Source: Eledone cirrhosa (taxonomy: Eukaryota). Taken from it: DNA of 64,000 nt. A program made the translations under genes and the position numbers. Positions 13,992 through 26,698 of the stretch are shown here, piece after piece (the first letter of the stretch is position 1; every line of letters starts with the position of its first letter). Under the pieces are notes generated by a model. It saw only the letters and a program-made list of their open reading frames with translations, was not told the DNA's origin and made no database searches. The stretch covers positions 269,824,001-269,888,000 of the forward strand of contig OZ024740.1 of NCBI GenBank assembly GCA_964016885.1, in the 5' to 3' direction.

Positions 13992-14942
13992 CTAGCAGAA
14001 AAGCATACGGTGGGCGGTTTTCTGCTAGCAAATCTAGTGTATATATTGATATTGTTGAGATTTGGATGAGAAATGTTTTCGGCACCACATGTTCACCGTC
14101 TCTCGGTGTGTCTTTTATGCATGTATTAATATATATGTTATCTATACGGTGAAATCTTTGAAATAAATATATGTTAAAACGAAAAAGGAGAAAATAAATA
14201 ACTGGCGGTTAGAAAAAATATTCCTATGAAATTTTAATCCTACCATTAGGTGTGAATAAGGAAATATTTTTTTGTTGTCAAAACAAATGTTCAAAAGTTA
14301 AACTTCAATTTTTTGAATTATTTCCAATTTTTTCATGAAATTGAACACTGGACATTGGCTGCTGCAAATGGAAATTAAATCGTATTTAATTGTATTTAAA
14401 TTTCTAACCTTATTTTATTATTTATATTTTTTCAATAAGAAATAAAAAAAAACAACAAAAAAAAATTGAAGAAAAAAATTGAACAAATCAAACGTAGGTT
14501 ATGGAACTGCGCAATCTGATTAATAAATTACCTCATCAGCAGCAACCTTCTTCAAATGGTCCTTATTATCAGCAGCAACAACCACAAATTCAATGGCAAC
14601 CTTCTTCAAACCACAAATTCAATGGCAACCTTCTTCGCATGGTGTCAAGTCAGAACCGCCTCGAACTGGTTACTTCTGGCTTGGTCAAGGTGTCTCTATA
14701 GCAACCAGCGATTCCCTCGGCCTCAGTGACCAAAGTCAGTGGAGAGGGGAAGGTAATGTTTCTATAAAGGAAGGGGAAGGTAATATTTCTGTAGCACGTG
14801 TTTTAGCGTCTATTCACTCTCTCTCTCTCTCTATCTCTCCCTCCCGCTATCCCCCTTCGTAGTCTGTCTCTTTCTTTCACTCTCACTCTCTCTCTCTACG
14901 CACAGACAGACAGAGAAATTGCTGGTTATATATATAAGTAGA
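13992..14942 (-). mobile_element. Non-autonomous Helitron type B (copy 2)
   Basis: 5' A|TCTACTTATATATATAACC at 14942, 3' CTAG at 13992 with hairpin. Confidence 0.75.
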
Positions 14943-15380
14943 TAAGCTGCTTGTTATTCTCATCTTCCTCTCATTACTGTTAGTAGAAATGTATTATCTC
15001 ACACCTACCTGCATCTCCTGCGATAGCCAACACCAGTTCCTCTATCTCTATATATATCTATATTTCACTTTTCTCTTGTGCGGGTCGACTATCGTCGCTA
15101 ATCTTGTATAACATGTGTGTTTGTTGTAATGTGTGCTTGCATTTTTATCTATATTTATTATTTGTAAGCATCCCAAGAATCTGATTCAGCTGAAGAAGAT
15201 GACTGTCATTCGAGTGTTTCCCTTCCATTAGACAACATACATGCAATACTAGCGGCTTTTCATTAACTTAGCATCAGGATACAATACGTCATTCGATTTC
15301 CAATGCAACCACTTGACTTTAAAAACCTATACCCACGGCATTTATTTGTTTTCTCAAGTTTTAAAATTTGAGCTTGGTCT

Positions 15381-15620
15381 ATGTATGTATGTATGTATGT
15401 ATGTATGTATGTATGTATGTATGTATGTATGTATGTATGTATCTATGTATGTATGTATGTATGTATGTATGAATGTATGTATGTATATACGTGTGTATGT
15501 ATATATGTATGTGTGTATGTATTTATATATGTATGCTTGTTTGTATGTTTGTATTTATGTATGTTTCTATGTATACATACACATATATAGATATGTGTAT
15601 GCATATGGATTTGCCTACAT
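15381..15620. repeat. (TATG)n microsatellite decaying into purine-pyrimidine low complexity
   Basis: Direct reading. Confidence 0.9.
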
Positions 15621-15901
15621 ATATACATCCGAATATGTTTCTAAATTTTAGCCCCAAAATATTTTTTCGAAGAATCATATTTGTAAAAGAAAGCTTCCAG
15701 ATACACAATTAAATTCAATGATATTTATGATGGCAGTGATTAGGGATGGTGTCAATTATGTTGTTAAAAATAAGCTAAGAAACACAATGACACCTACGCA
15801 TACAGAGAAAATATGCTCACACATATACCCATAAACACTCTCACATACACACTAAAACAAACCGACGCCCCCCCCCCCCCCATATATATATATATATATA
15901 T

Positions 15902-16220
15902 AAAAGTATGACCCCGACGGCAGAGCTCAAGCCGTTTTGACGGCTATTTCTGGACTAAATTAGAATTCTTAGCTTGGTGAATAAATAGCCGAACTTGTCA
16001 AGAGGATACTTCCTTATATGGGAAGTACCCTCTTGACAAGTTCGGCTATTTATTCACCAGTCTAAAAATTTTAATTTAGTCCAGAAATAGCCGTCGAAAC
16101 GGGTTGAGCTCTGCCGTCGGGGTCATACTTTTTCATATTTCCCACTCTACTACTCTAAGTATTGAGTACTCTGGTGCGTTATGGTCCATCTGGTTCTTTA
16201 CCACAATTCCTTTGTTTTAT
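15902..16220 (+). mobile_element. Fold-back element family H1, long form (~110 bp arms plus ~90 bp unpaired tail) between (TA)n tracts
   Basis: 15902-16012 is the reverse complement of 16021-16132; tail shared with five other copies. Confidence 0.85.
16027..16123 (+). ncRNA. Degenerate type I hammerhead ribozyme (H1 family)
   Basis: ACCCT-C-TTGACAA (for CTGACGA) - stem II CGGCTATTT...AAATAGCCG - GAAA - stem III CGG..CCG - TC - GGGGT. Confidence 0.6.
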
Positions 16221-17179
16221 ATATATATATATAATATTACTTCAAAATATTAATAAATATAGACATTCATGTGATCAAATATATTTTATTGTACATATTT
16301 CAGAGGTACTGAGCTATTTCATCAGTACGTCCTGATCAGATAAAATAAATTGATGTCTGACATACCTCAACTGTGCTGATGGTTCAATTCCAGTTTTGGC
16401 AGTGATTAGTTATGACAAAACTCAATATTTATATACCATAAGTTGTAAAGAGGGTACGTAGGAAAATGTGTATAAAAATATATAATAATAAATACAAGTA
16501 AATATAAATTAATATATTTGATAAACACAAATACCAACATATCCGTGTTTGTATTGTAAACGACTAAGTTAGCTAAGTTAGTTAATAATAAATATATATA
16601 AAGGCAAGTAATAAATATAAACAAAACTACATAACTGTTAAAAATTTAAATAATAAAATATGTATACCTCCATATACATAAGGCGCAAATGAGAGAGTGA
16701 CAGAGCTAACAGGAGGAGAGAGAGAAAAACGAAAGAGATGATAGTAAAGACAAAGAAAGGGTGATATGTATGGTAACATATAATTACATAAGGAGAAGGA
16801 GAATCAAGGTATATGATACGTGACCGTTTTTTTCAAATATTAAATTAATTAGAAATAATCAATTAACTAAATAACTTGAAATGTTTAGACTATAATATTT
16901 GAAAGAACCTATATTACTGTATTATATCAAAATGAAAACAAATATAAAGTGAAAAAGATAATTTAACATAACTCCAAGGTTCATCAAGAGTATATTTAAA
17001 TTATTAAATATAGTCAATAACTTAGTTAGAAAGATTAAAATTAAAAATGTTATTAACTAACCATAAAGCTTATAAATGTAGTAAATATGATATTATTAAA
17101 CCAGATTTTTTTAGATATAAGCATTTGTATAGTTCATATATGAACTATAAGATTTAAATCGATATTTATCAATGATATA

Positions 17180-18130
17180 TAATTGTTTCTACTTTTGGCA
17201 CAAGGCCAGCAAATACCCAGTACATTACTGGTACTTTATTTTATCTACCCCGTAAGGATGAAAGGCAAAGTTAACAATTATATATAATATTAATTATTGC
17301 ATATAATTACACTTAAGAGTGTTATAAATTTGATTCAACTAAATTTTACTGTATTCACAATTATACATCAAGTTAAGTACAGATCATTAATCAATTTAGA
17401 TAAAACGAAACTTTTATACGATAAATGTAAACAATATCCTCGTAAGACGTAAACAAACATTTAAAGTAATTAAACGGTTTACGAGTCTGAAGACATTGCA
17501 GGTATCAAATTTATAAGATACAAGATTTAAAAATACGAAATCAAAACTACGGGTATTTAAACAATCTAGAGATTAACATACTCGATAAGAGAGCAGCTAA
17601 ACAATTTCTATGGTTAGGTAGAAACCTTATATCCAATATTAATAATAGCAATAATAATTGTTTCTACTTTAGGCACAAGGCCAGCAATTACCCAGTACAT
17701 TACTGGTACTTTATTATACTTTTAATAATAGCAATAATAATTGTTTCAACGTTAGGCACAAGGCCAGCAAATACCCAGTGTATTACTGGTACTTTATTTT
17801 ATCGACCCCGTAAGGATGAAAGGCAAAGTTAACCTCGGCGGGATTTGAACTCAGAATGGCAAGGGCCGTAACTCTATGCGCCAAAGCATGGCATCCGACA
17901 CTCTACCAACACTGCCAATCCACCGCCTAATAATAGCAATAATAATAAAAGCATTTCAAGAATTATTAATCAGAGTCAATATCCAATATTAATAATAGCA
18001 ATAATAATTGTTTCTACTTTAGGCACAAGGCCAGCAAATACCCCAGTGCATTACTGGTACTTTATTATACTTTTAATAATAGCAATAATAATAAAAGCAT
18101 TTCAAGAATTATTAAACAGAGTCAATATCA
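17180..18130 (-). mobile_element. Cluster of S1 SINE pieces (full copy ~17738-17928) with locally duplicated flanks
   Basis: S1 reverse complement; repeated AATAATAGCAATAATAAT flank blocks. Confidence 0.8.
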
Positions 18131-18322
18131 TTTCACACTTGAAATTATTAATAAAAGTCGAAATCATTTCACGTATAGTCAGTGTTTTTTCCTAATTTTA
18201 TATGATGCTTGGAATGTAGATGTAGATTTGTGCAGGCAGTTTCAGAATAAATAATTCACTTTTTTTCTTAAATAAGTTACCATAATTAGCAATTATTAAT
18301 AGAGTTACGGTATTACAATTAT

Positions 18323-18369
<47 letters not shown>

Positions 18370-18411
18370 GAGGAGGAGGTTATAGTTCACTTGAAGCATT
18401 GTGTAATGAGG

Positions 18412-18818
18412 TATAAACGTTTGTAATAAGGCCAAGACAATGCAGGTATGGACATAGAAAAAAGAATGTAATAGTGAAAGATATTGATGTGAATTCGTCT
18501 TTCACCTTGAATTTATTTAAATGTCCTTAATTTTCGAGATAATATCTCTTCTTCGGAGGGAAGTAAAGGTCTCAAACCAGCGTAGGTCTCAAACCAGCGT
18601 CTTTAAATCTCTAGCCAAGCCATGCTGACCGGAAATGATTTAAAGACGCTGGTTTGAGACCTTTACTTCCCTCCGAAGAAGAGATATTATCTCGAAAATT
18701 AAGGACATTTAAATAAATTCAAGGTGAAAGACGAATTCACATCAATATCTTTCACTATTGCATTCTTTTTTCTATGTCCATACCTGCATTGTCTTGGCCT
18801 TATTACACATATTCAAAC

Positions 18819-18825
<7 letters not shown>
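18412..18825. mobile_element. Fold-back palindrome H2 (~190 bp arms, 27 nt spacer) between (TA)n tracts
   Basis: 18412-18609 is the reverse complement of 18637-18825, apart from a 17-nt tandem duplication in the left arm and a short indel near the outer end. Confidence 0.9.
18670..18704 (+). ncRNA. Minimal hammerhead-like motif with U4C core (mirror copy 18525-18559 on minus)
   Basis: CCT-CCGAAGA-A-GAGAT ATT ATCTC-GAAA-AT-TA-AGG, followed by AATAAA. Confidence 0.55.
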
Positions 18826-18849
<24 letters not shown>

Positions 18850-18854
<5 letters not shown>

Positions 18855-19126
18855 TGAAACAAAATGAAAACGAAATTTCATTTCTCACTCCTAGTATGGC
18901 ACTTACTTAAATGTAAGTATGCATGTATACGTACATACATATATGTATACAGACGTACAGTAGCATGCACATATATATATATATATATATACATATACAC
19001 ATACATATGCATACAGGTACACATACATATATGCACGTATCAGTTTAGCGGCGCTTATTATAACGTCGCTTTGTTCGTTTGTAAACAAACTGTATACATA
19101 TATGTATGTACGTATACATGCATACT

Positions 19127-19168
<42 letters not shown>

Positions 19169-19410
19169 AACGGAAAAAATGAGACGAAATTTAATTTCCC
19201 ACTCTTAGTACGGCTGTTACTTAAATATAAGTATGTATACGTACATACATATATGTATACAGACGTACAGTAGTATGTATATATATATATACATAGATGC
19301 ACACATATATATATATATATATATATGTACGTATGGATTCACCGAACATTTATTATAATGCTCGGTGTGTTCGTAAACAAACATCCCGTATTAAGCAACC
19401 ATCGTTGTTC
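18850..19410. repeat. Two tandem copies of an unclassified ~250 bp interspersed repeat (third copy 58148-58386)
   Basis: Shared AAAATGAAACGAAATTTCATTTC...GTACATACATATATGTATACAGACGTACAGTAG...GTAAACAAAC. Confidence 0.75.
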
Positions 19411-19560
19411 GATTATATATAGAGTTATAAACTCAAATAGTCTTTTACAATTAATTAGCTCAAAGAATTTTTATTTTAATTAGTATTTTTCAATCTAGCT
19501 AACTTGGTCATTTGCAATACGAACACATGTATACTTGTATCAGTGTTTATCCCTATCATT

Positions 19561-19619
<59 letters not shown>

Positions 19620-19927
19620 CTTCCTTGCTCACATTTCAACCAGGTTTGATGGTCTTTATTCACTCGTTCACGATTCCACCGAATTTATATTCATAGAAAT
19701 CTGGGACTTGTTCTTCTTCATCACTTTCTGTTGCTTAAACCATTTTGTATGTTTACCCTAGCGTCCCCCTTATTTACGTGTACCAACGACTTTTTTTAGC
19801 CGTTGCTCGCACCAACCTGAGGTATATGGCCTTTAATGCGACGAAATGCCTACGACGGTTGGAAGGCCACTGATGAGGACAGACTTTTTCATATGTAACC
19901 CATTTGCAGCGCCGCAGCTCCATTATT

Positions 19928-20007
<80 letters not shown>

Positions 20008-20009
20008 CG

Positions 20010-21277
20010 ACTGCACTGGGAAAGAGATTAGGAAAAATTACAGGAGCACAGGACAGGACACCTAGATAACATTAACGCCATGACCAAAACAATAATCATC
20101 GGGTTAGGAATAGATGATAGGACCGAAATATATGTACCTAGAAAACCTTGGATATCTATTAAGGATCATAGATTAGACTTTAGAACTAATCTACCTGTTA
20201 GGTCAATAGCACCCTCCAAATTAGACATAGGTAGGACCAGCAAGAATATCATAGACAGGATACTACCGGTACTTAGGAACAAAACTAGGCTTAGCTTATG
20301 GACCTCCACTAAGGAGGTAATTGACTGGTTCTCGCTAATAGATAGCAAACAGCAGGTAAATTTTATTCAATTAGACATAGCGAATTACTACGTGTCAGTA
20401 TCACCTGTAATAGTGAACAAGGCCCTCATGAGCGCCATGGTCAAGTCCAACCTCACTAGGGAGGCGGCTAGCCTCATAGTAGCAACTAGAAAGACGCTAA
20501 TTAGATTCGAAGACAAGTTATAGGAGAGGAGGTACAGACCCGACAGTTTCGATTTCACCATGGGGTCCCGCGACTCGGCGCAGGTGACCGAGCTGATGGG
20601 GATCTATCTCCTCCATAGATTAGCGGAGGAGATCCCAGGGATCGGCGAAGGAATATACAGATACGTCGCAATTTTTACCTTCCGTCCCCTAAACCCCAGC
20701 CAGATGCATCGTATAAGGAAGCGCATATCGCATTTTTTTAAGCAACACGGCTTATCCGTGACGATAGATCCTAGCACTAAAACGGTGAATTTCCTGGACG
20801 TTCCCTTTAGCCGGGAAGCCCAGGCTAAAGGCATGCGGCGGAGCGCACGCCGACGAGGGCGGCGAAACGGGTTCAAGGGATCAGGCACCATACTCTGATG
20901 ACAGAATATGCCCCGTGGGGTAACCCAAAATAACCCAAGATGCATACTCGACTCTGCACGTCACCTTAGGCAAGAACATCGCCTGAGCCGGGACAGGTTG
21001 ACACGGATTCCACTGACTTTCAGTCAAATACCTTACACCTATAGGACAACATACCTCAACCACAGTGACATACTCCAATATGGCCGGTCCACGCACCCCA
21101 TGCATGTGTACCTTTTCAATCGAGAATCCATACTCTCCACGTATTCCATTTTGAAACACATATTACTTGTTCCGTATACAGGCCCAAGTGTACATCTCAT
21201 ACTCCTCCTATGTACTATCTCATACGCATACACGTCCCCCCTTCTTTTTTATATATTTCTATGTGACGTTATATTTT
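20010..21277 (+). mobile_element. Penelope-like element, decayed reverse transcriptase
   Basis: KDHRLDF..PVRSIAPSKLDIGRTSK, FIQLDIANYY, FDFTMGSRDSAQVTELMGIYLL, GIYRYV (for GLYRDD), TVNFLDV; starts at a (TA)n tract. Confidence 0.8.
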
Positions 21278-21385
21278 CAAATACCGCCGAGGTTGACTTT
21301 GCCTTTCATCCTTACGGGGTCGATAAAATAAAGTACCAGTAATGCACTGGGTATTTGCTGGCCTTGTGCCTAAAGTAGAAACAGT
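21278..21385 (+). mobile_element. 5'-truncated S1 SINE
   Basis: Matches S1 3' half. Confidence 0.8.
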
Positions 21386-21464
21386 TATATTTATATTTTT
21401 AATATATTGTATATTTATTTTTTATATGTGTGTATATATGTATTCGTATATGTATATATATGTG

Positions 21465-21499
<35 letters not shown>

Positions 21500-22035
21500 G
21501 AATATGTGTATGTGTATGGATGTATGTATATGGTTATGTTGTTTATATATGTGCATGTTTACTACAAGATACATCCTTCAATGTATGACGTTATATGTAT
21601 ATTTTAGTATATCGTGGGTTTTTTTTCATATACGTGTATGAATGTCTGTGTATGTACATATGTGTGTGTGTGTATGTGTGTATGTGTATGTATATATATA
21701 TATGTGTGTATATATGTATATATTTATATATATATATATATATGTATGTGTATGGATGTATGTATATGGTTATATTGTTTACATTTGTGCATGTGTGTAA
21801 CAAGATGCATCTTTTCATGTATGACCCATTGTTGACCCATTGTGTAGCTTTATATGACTTTGTGTGTATTTCATATTTGTGTATAGACAGATATATGTAT
21901 GTATGTATGTTTGTAGACGTGCGTGGGCTTGTAGGTAATAGGCGCATATTTGTAAGAGTGTATATGAGCCAGTGTGTGTGTACGTGCCCCCACTGTAGGG
22001 TAAGGGCTTGTTTGTGTGTATATATATATACATGT

Positions 22036-22584
22036 TCGGGTCGTTGGCGACTAAACTGGCAACCCCACCAAGGTTTCTTGGTGAGGAGGGTGACTTTGGA
22101 CATCCTGCAGGACTAAAAACAAAACCTGTCAAAGGGCAAAGGAGCTCTTAAGTGTCAATGGCCATCCAAAATCACCGGGAGAGATGACCCCTTAGCCTTT
22201 GTCAAGGCAGAATTCTAGGAGAAGGAAAACTCTGATATAACACCTGCAACTCTGATGGTATCCAATTATGTTGACTTGTTCTTCTTTTTGGTAAATATCA
22301 TCTTGGTTAAGAGAGTGGGACTGGCTTTGTTCAGTGCCTTTGCTCACTATAAAAGCTTCACGGCACGGGCATTGCTTTATATCTGGAGATCTCTCTGCAC
22401 TTGTCGTCACATGGTACCATGGGCCCAGTACTATGTGTCAATAATTGTCACAAGTGTAGTGTTTGTACCAGAGTTTTTAAGTCGCTGGCTGGACTAAAAA
22501 GTCACACTCGTTCAGCGCATCGGTAGGGGTTCTCCTACATGGATATAAAGTAGTGGCCGTACTCGAAAACGAGTTGGCAGCCAC
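22036..22584 (+). mobile_element. Non-coding ~550-600 bp repeat, probably an RTE-derived non-autonomous element (copy 1, 5'-truncated)
   Basis: Near-identical to 31101-31652; TAGGAGAAGGAAAACTCTGA motif typical of RTE 5' regions; 3' stem-loop GTGGC..ACTCG..CGAGT..GCCAC. Confidence 0.6.
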
Positions 22585-23159
22585 TATATATATATATATG
22601 TATACATATATATGTGTGTTTGCGAGCGAGTCTGTTTTTGTGCCTGTATATATGGACACGTGTGTGTATGTGCGTGTGCGTGCCTATGTATATGTCTGTA
22701 CGTGTTTGTGTATACGAGTAGATATACGCGTATGCATGTGTGTACGCATGTGTGCGTGCGTGTGTGTGTGTGTGTGTCAGTTGATGTAGATGCGTATTTC
22801 TATAGTTTTACGGGTTCTCTTTGGCTTCGTATGTATAGCGGGAGTATATGCGTGCGGGAGTATATGCGTGCGGATGTTATTTATATGATTGTGTGCGTGT
22901 GTGTCTGTGTGAGTGTGTGTGTATATATATATATGTGTGTGTGTGTGGGTGTGTGAATAGCGCGTGGATGTGTGAACAACCAAACCCAGCAGGGATTCAT
23001 TGAAGTGTGGCAGGAAGGACAGCTGATGATCAATGTGACAGTACCTATTGGTCAAAATTTATGATGACGTAGAAAAACAACAGCCAAAAGCAGGATGAGC
23101 GAAGAGGATGTTTTTTGACGCTAACACCCCAGTGAACATTTGATCCGAAATTTTTAGAA

Positions 23160-23247
23160 GTGTCCGACGAACCTGCAGATCCAGAATCAGACAGAACCAC
23201 ACAATGATCGTGTCTAGAGCTGTCTGCCGGCGAAACAATTGTAACAT
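23160..23247 (+). ncRNA. Type I hammerhead-like motif with U4C core and long stem II
   Basis: GTGT-CCGACGA-ACCTGCAGA...TCTGCCGGC-GAAA-CAATTG-TA-ACAT then AATAAA; palindromic stem III ACAATTGT. Confidence 0.6.
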
Positions 23248-23368
23248 CAATAAATTGAGTTCGGATGCATCACTGATTTTTCGTTTCATATTATATCACA
23301 CTCTGCTCTGTAAGAACATAGAGTGCTCAACCGGAATACAGCATATGGAAGCATCTTAGCTACCATCA

Positions 23369-23445
<77 letters not shown>

Positions 23446-23448
23446 TAG

Positions 23449-23635
23449 AGAGAGTTGTGGCTCGATGATTGAACTCTTGTCGTCTAACAGCTAGTTCCAG
23501 TCTAGAAATAGATGTTGTAACAACAGCTCAGTCATCAGGCTACGACTCTTTCCCATATACCCATACTCTACTAGCCCAAGTATCGAGTGCTCTGTTGAGT
23601 AAGGGTGTAACTAACTAGTTTAAAACTGGTTCTAT

Positions 23636-23638
<3 letters not shown>
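23449..23638 (+). mobile_element. Old diverged relative of fold-back family H1
   Basis: Imperfect hairpin GAGTTGTGGC.CGATGATTGAACT...AGCTCAGTCATCAGGCTACGACTC, then tail ACTCTACTAGCCCAAGTATCGAGTGCTCTG resembling the H1 tail. Confidence 0.55.
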
Positions 23639-23734
<96 letters not shown>

Positions 23735-24367
23735 GTGTATGTAAACATATACATATGTAGCGACGGCATTTCATTGATACAATTTTAATGGAATAATTTG
23801 AAATGAGCATAACTTTTAATGTATTGCAGTGACCATTGATTTGGAATGTCTCCATTTACTATGTCTCCAAGTATCTACTTTGCAGCAGACATTTTGGATG
23901 TGTTAGTTCTGTTTCCCATTGAGCTGTTATCGTTAAATTCAGAATTTATTGCTATAGTGTTTGTATACTAAAATTCCGGAATATGCTTTTTCTTGTAAAG
24001 TTTTTTTCAGTCTCTTATATTAGATCCAAGATAATCGTTATTTCTTAGTTATGCAGTTTTGCGCATTTCTTATCATCAACGTATACTTCACCCCTGGCAT
24101 TAATTCATAAAGTTCAAACGATTATATTAAAAGGTCGACCAAAGTAATATAATTATAAATAATGAATATTTATGTATATATATATATATAGAGAGAGAGA
24201 CAGTTCAAGTGTAAACCAATCTTAAATAGAGATATAGTGATGGGATAGGAGAGATTGGTGACGGTGTTAGAAGCCAAAGCTTAAAAGCGGGTGCTCGATC
24301 TGCAATATGCAGTGGAAAGCAGTTGGAAAACTGGGTTCATGCTGAGGTTAGGTGTACAGAGCTGGAA

Positions 24368-24772
24368 ATATTCCGTAGTTAAGCAAATCAAGACCACTAG
24401 CTCACATAGAAGACATTAGTCAAAGAGTATCAACATTAAGTGCAGTTTAATATAGAAACGATTATTATTACCCTCTTTCTAAAGGCGGTAGATTGGCAAT
24501 ATCGGTAGAGGGTCGGACGCCATGCTTTGCAGCATAGAGTTACGGCCCTTGCCATTCTGAGTTCAAATCCCGCCGAGGTTAACTTTGCCTTTCATCCTTA
24601 CGGGGTCGATAAAGTAAAGTACCAGTAATGCACTGGGTAATTGCTGGCCTTGTGCCAAAAGTAGAAACAATTATTACCCTTTTTTTATATTAAACTGCAC
24701 TTAATGTTGATACTCTTTGTCTAATGTCTTCTACGTGAGCTAGTGGTCTTGATTTGCTTAACTACTGAATAT
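24368..24772. repeat. Inverted repeat (~87 bp arms) with an S1 SINE inserted in the spacer
   Basis: 24368-24454 is the reverse complement of 24686-24772. Confidence 0.85.
24481..24676 (+). mobile_element. Full-length S1 SINE
   Basis: Complete consensus; TSD ATTATTACCCT (24464-24474 / 24670-24680). Confidence 0.9.
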
Positions 24773-24779
24773 ATATATA

Positions 24780-25096
24780 TATTTGTTTTGCAAGGTTTTT
24801 GATATGAAATCGTGTGTCGAAACAAATATTGATATGTTGTGGAGGGTCATATTGTTGTAATATTGCCAGAAATAATAGCAGAACACACTCACTGGTTGGT
24901 TGGTTTTCGGTTTTATATCGCCATACTTAATTTATTTCGCAATCAATGTTTATCATTGATTGACCAGTGGTTAAAAATACAGATATAAATATACATATAT
25001 AGTCTATCAAAGTTCTTTCGTTACACATCTGCAACATCATCAGTGGTACTATTATGTTCCCTCCTATTGTATTGTAATGTCTACGTCATTTTTATT

Positions 25097-25143
<47 letters not shown>

Positions 25144-26465
25144 TATCTCCCTTAAGTCAGTATTGTTTGTTTGAGTGTTGTTGTTGTTATTCCATTCATT
25201 TTTTTCTGTTTAACTTTATTCTTCTTAGTTCTATCTCAGTTGCTTCTCTGATTTGCCTACCTGCAGAGTCATTTCTATGTTTAGATATTATTGTAATTTC
25301 TATGTTGTCTATATTACCGTCCTGTTTTTGTCTGGCATGTTCATATGGTACTGAACCGTATTTTTGTCCTTTAAGTTCCCCCAGTGTTGCTCTATTCTTT
25401 CTCCTATGATTCGAGCTGTCTCACCTATGTATGTCGTTGTCATCTTTCTGTGAGTAACTTCTGTACATCTTATGCTACAGGCTACATTTCTAGTTTTATA
25501 ATTTATCTGGGGGTTCGTTTAACATATAACACGTTTCTTATTTGTACAGTGGGTTTCCTTAAAGGGGTGTGTCTTGCTGATCAGCGATTCTATGGTAGTT
25601 CCTGGCATTTCTACCACTTTAATCTTTAGATGGATCTTTCTTAGGGCCTTTCTAAATTGCTTAGCTAATTTCCCTCCAGGGGTAGCATCCACGAACATGA
25701 CACTCTGGTATCTCTGGTTGTCGTACCCTGAAGTGGCTTTCCCTATCTTATGTTTAGTCCTATCTAAGCTATTCCATGATTTTCTCCTGTATAATCGGCA
25801 GATTCCTTTCATGTCCATTTCTATGAGGGTCCTATATTTCTCCGTGGTCCCTTTGTATACTCTGATTCTGTCTCTTTGGAGAACTGCATGCGATTGATGA
25901 CATGTTGGATGTGTCTTTCCATTTCTGTTGGGTCGCCCATGCGGGACACATTCTCCATCACTGTTACTATGTCTGCGATCAGAATATTAAACTTAGCACT
26001 ATTGGACATTGCTGAATTTTTTAGTATCAACTATTTGGAGTCCATGGGTTTGGCATAGTGTGAGTGGAGAATATGGGCCTTCTCGTCTATAGTATTAATC
26101 CAGAGTTCCGTGTCTAATACTGGTAGTCTATTGTTAGGCTGTTTGGAAGGGTAGTCAATAGCTATAATTATACTCTTGTATATGGAGTTAGCTATCTGCT
26201 GGAAGCTCTCCATTGTCTTATTTCTAATTCATGTTTATATCTTGTGGGGGTGTTCTCATTATTATATTAATATCGTCTACGTAACGAGAGTACATTACGA
26301 GGTCTATGGAGTTCTCTTCGGGGTGTTCTCTGAGTCTCCTCGCCCACCACACCATAAATAGATTGGCAACATCGCCAGCTATACTGACGACAATGGCTTC
26401 TCCATCATTCTAGATGTAGATCTTTATATTAAATTTAAACATATGGCCCTTTAGGGTAGTTTTAA
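24780..26465 (-). mobile_element. Penelope-like element (RT C-terminus, Cys linker, GIY-YIG remnant, 3' pLTR)
   Basis: IDYPSKQPNNRLPVLDTELW..HYAKPMDSK; SVMFVDATPGGKLAK..KIKVVEMPG; homologous to 60470-63350. Confidence 0.85.
25005..25048 (-). ncRNA. Hammerhead motif in the PLE 3' region
   Basis: TACCA-CTGATGA-T-GTTGCA GATG TGTAAC-GAAA-GAAC-TT-TGATA. Confidence 0.7.
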
Positions 26466-26698
26466 TACTAAGGGAAATATAAATAAATAAATATGATTTT
26501 CAATAAGGAAGAGTTCCGACCATCTGTGTTTACGCATCAATTTCAAATCAGCGACTGGCTAGTAACACGTGCTGTATTTACTAAAAATACACACATCATA
26601 CCAGCTTCGTCCCAGTGGCGTGAATAGGGTTATCGACAACTAGAAACAGCAGTCAAGTCCTTTTAACTGAGTTAGCTCTACAATTAAGGGGCTGTATT

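Noticed and set aside
12732-14862. Duplicated Gln-rich ORFs (MELRNLINKLPHQQQ...)
   Set aside because: Short, inside duplicated non-autonomous Helitron B, built from a small internal repeat; no domain similarity
16288-16332. Minus-strand CTGATGA...GAAA spacing; similar weak cases at 15190, 23024, 37009 and 43866
   Set aside because: Stem II or the GAAA/UH elements too degenerate to distinguish from chance
17628-18130. Repeat-spacer-like pattern reminiscent of a CRISPR array
   Set aside because: Local duplications of SINE ends and flanks in eukaryotic DNA; no unique spacers of constant length, no cas genes
19840-19895. CTGATGA near GAAA as a possible hammerhead
   Set aside because: Could not build stems II and III in any permutation
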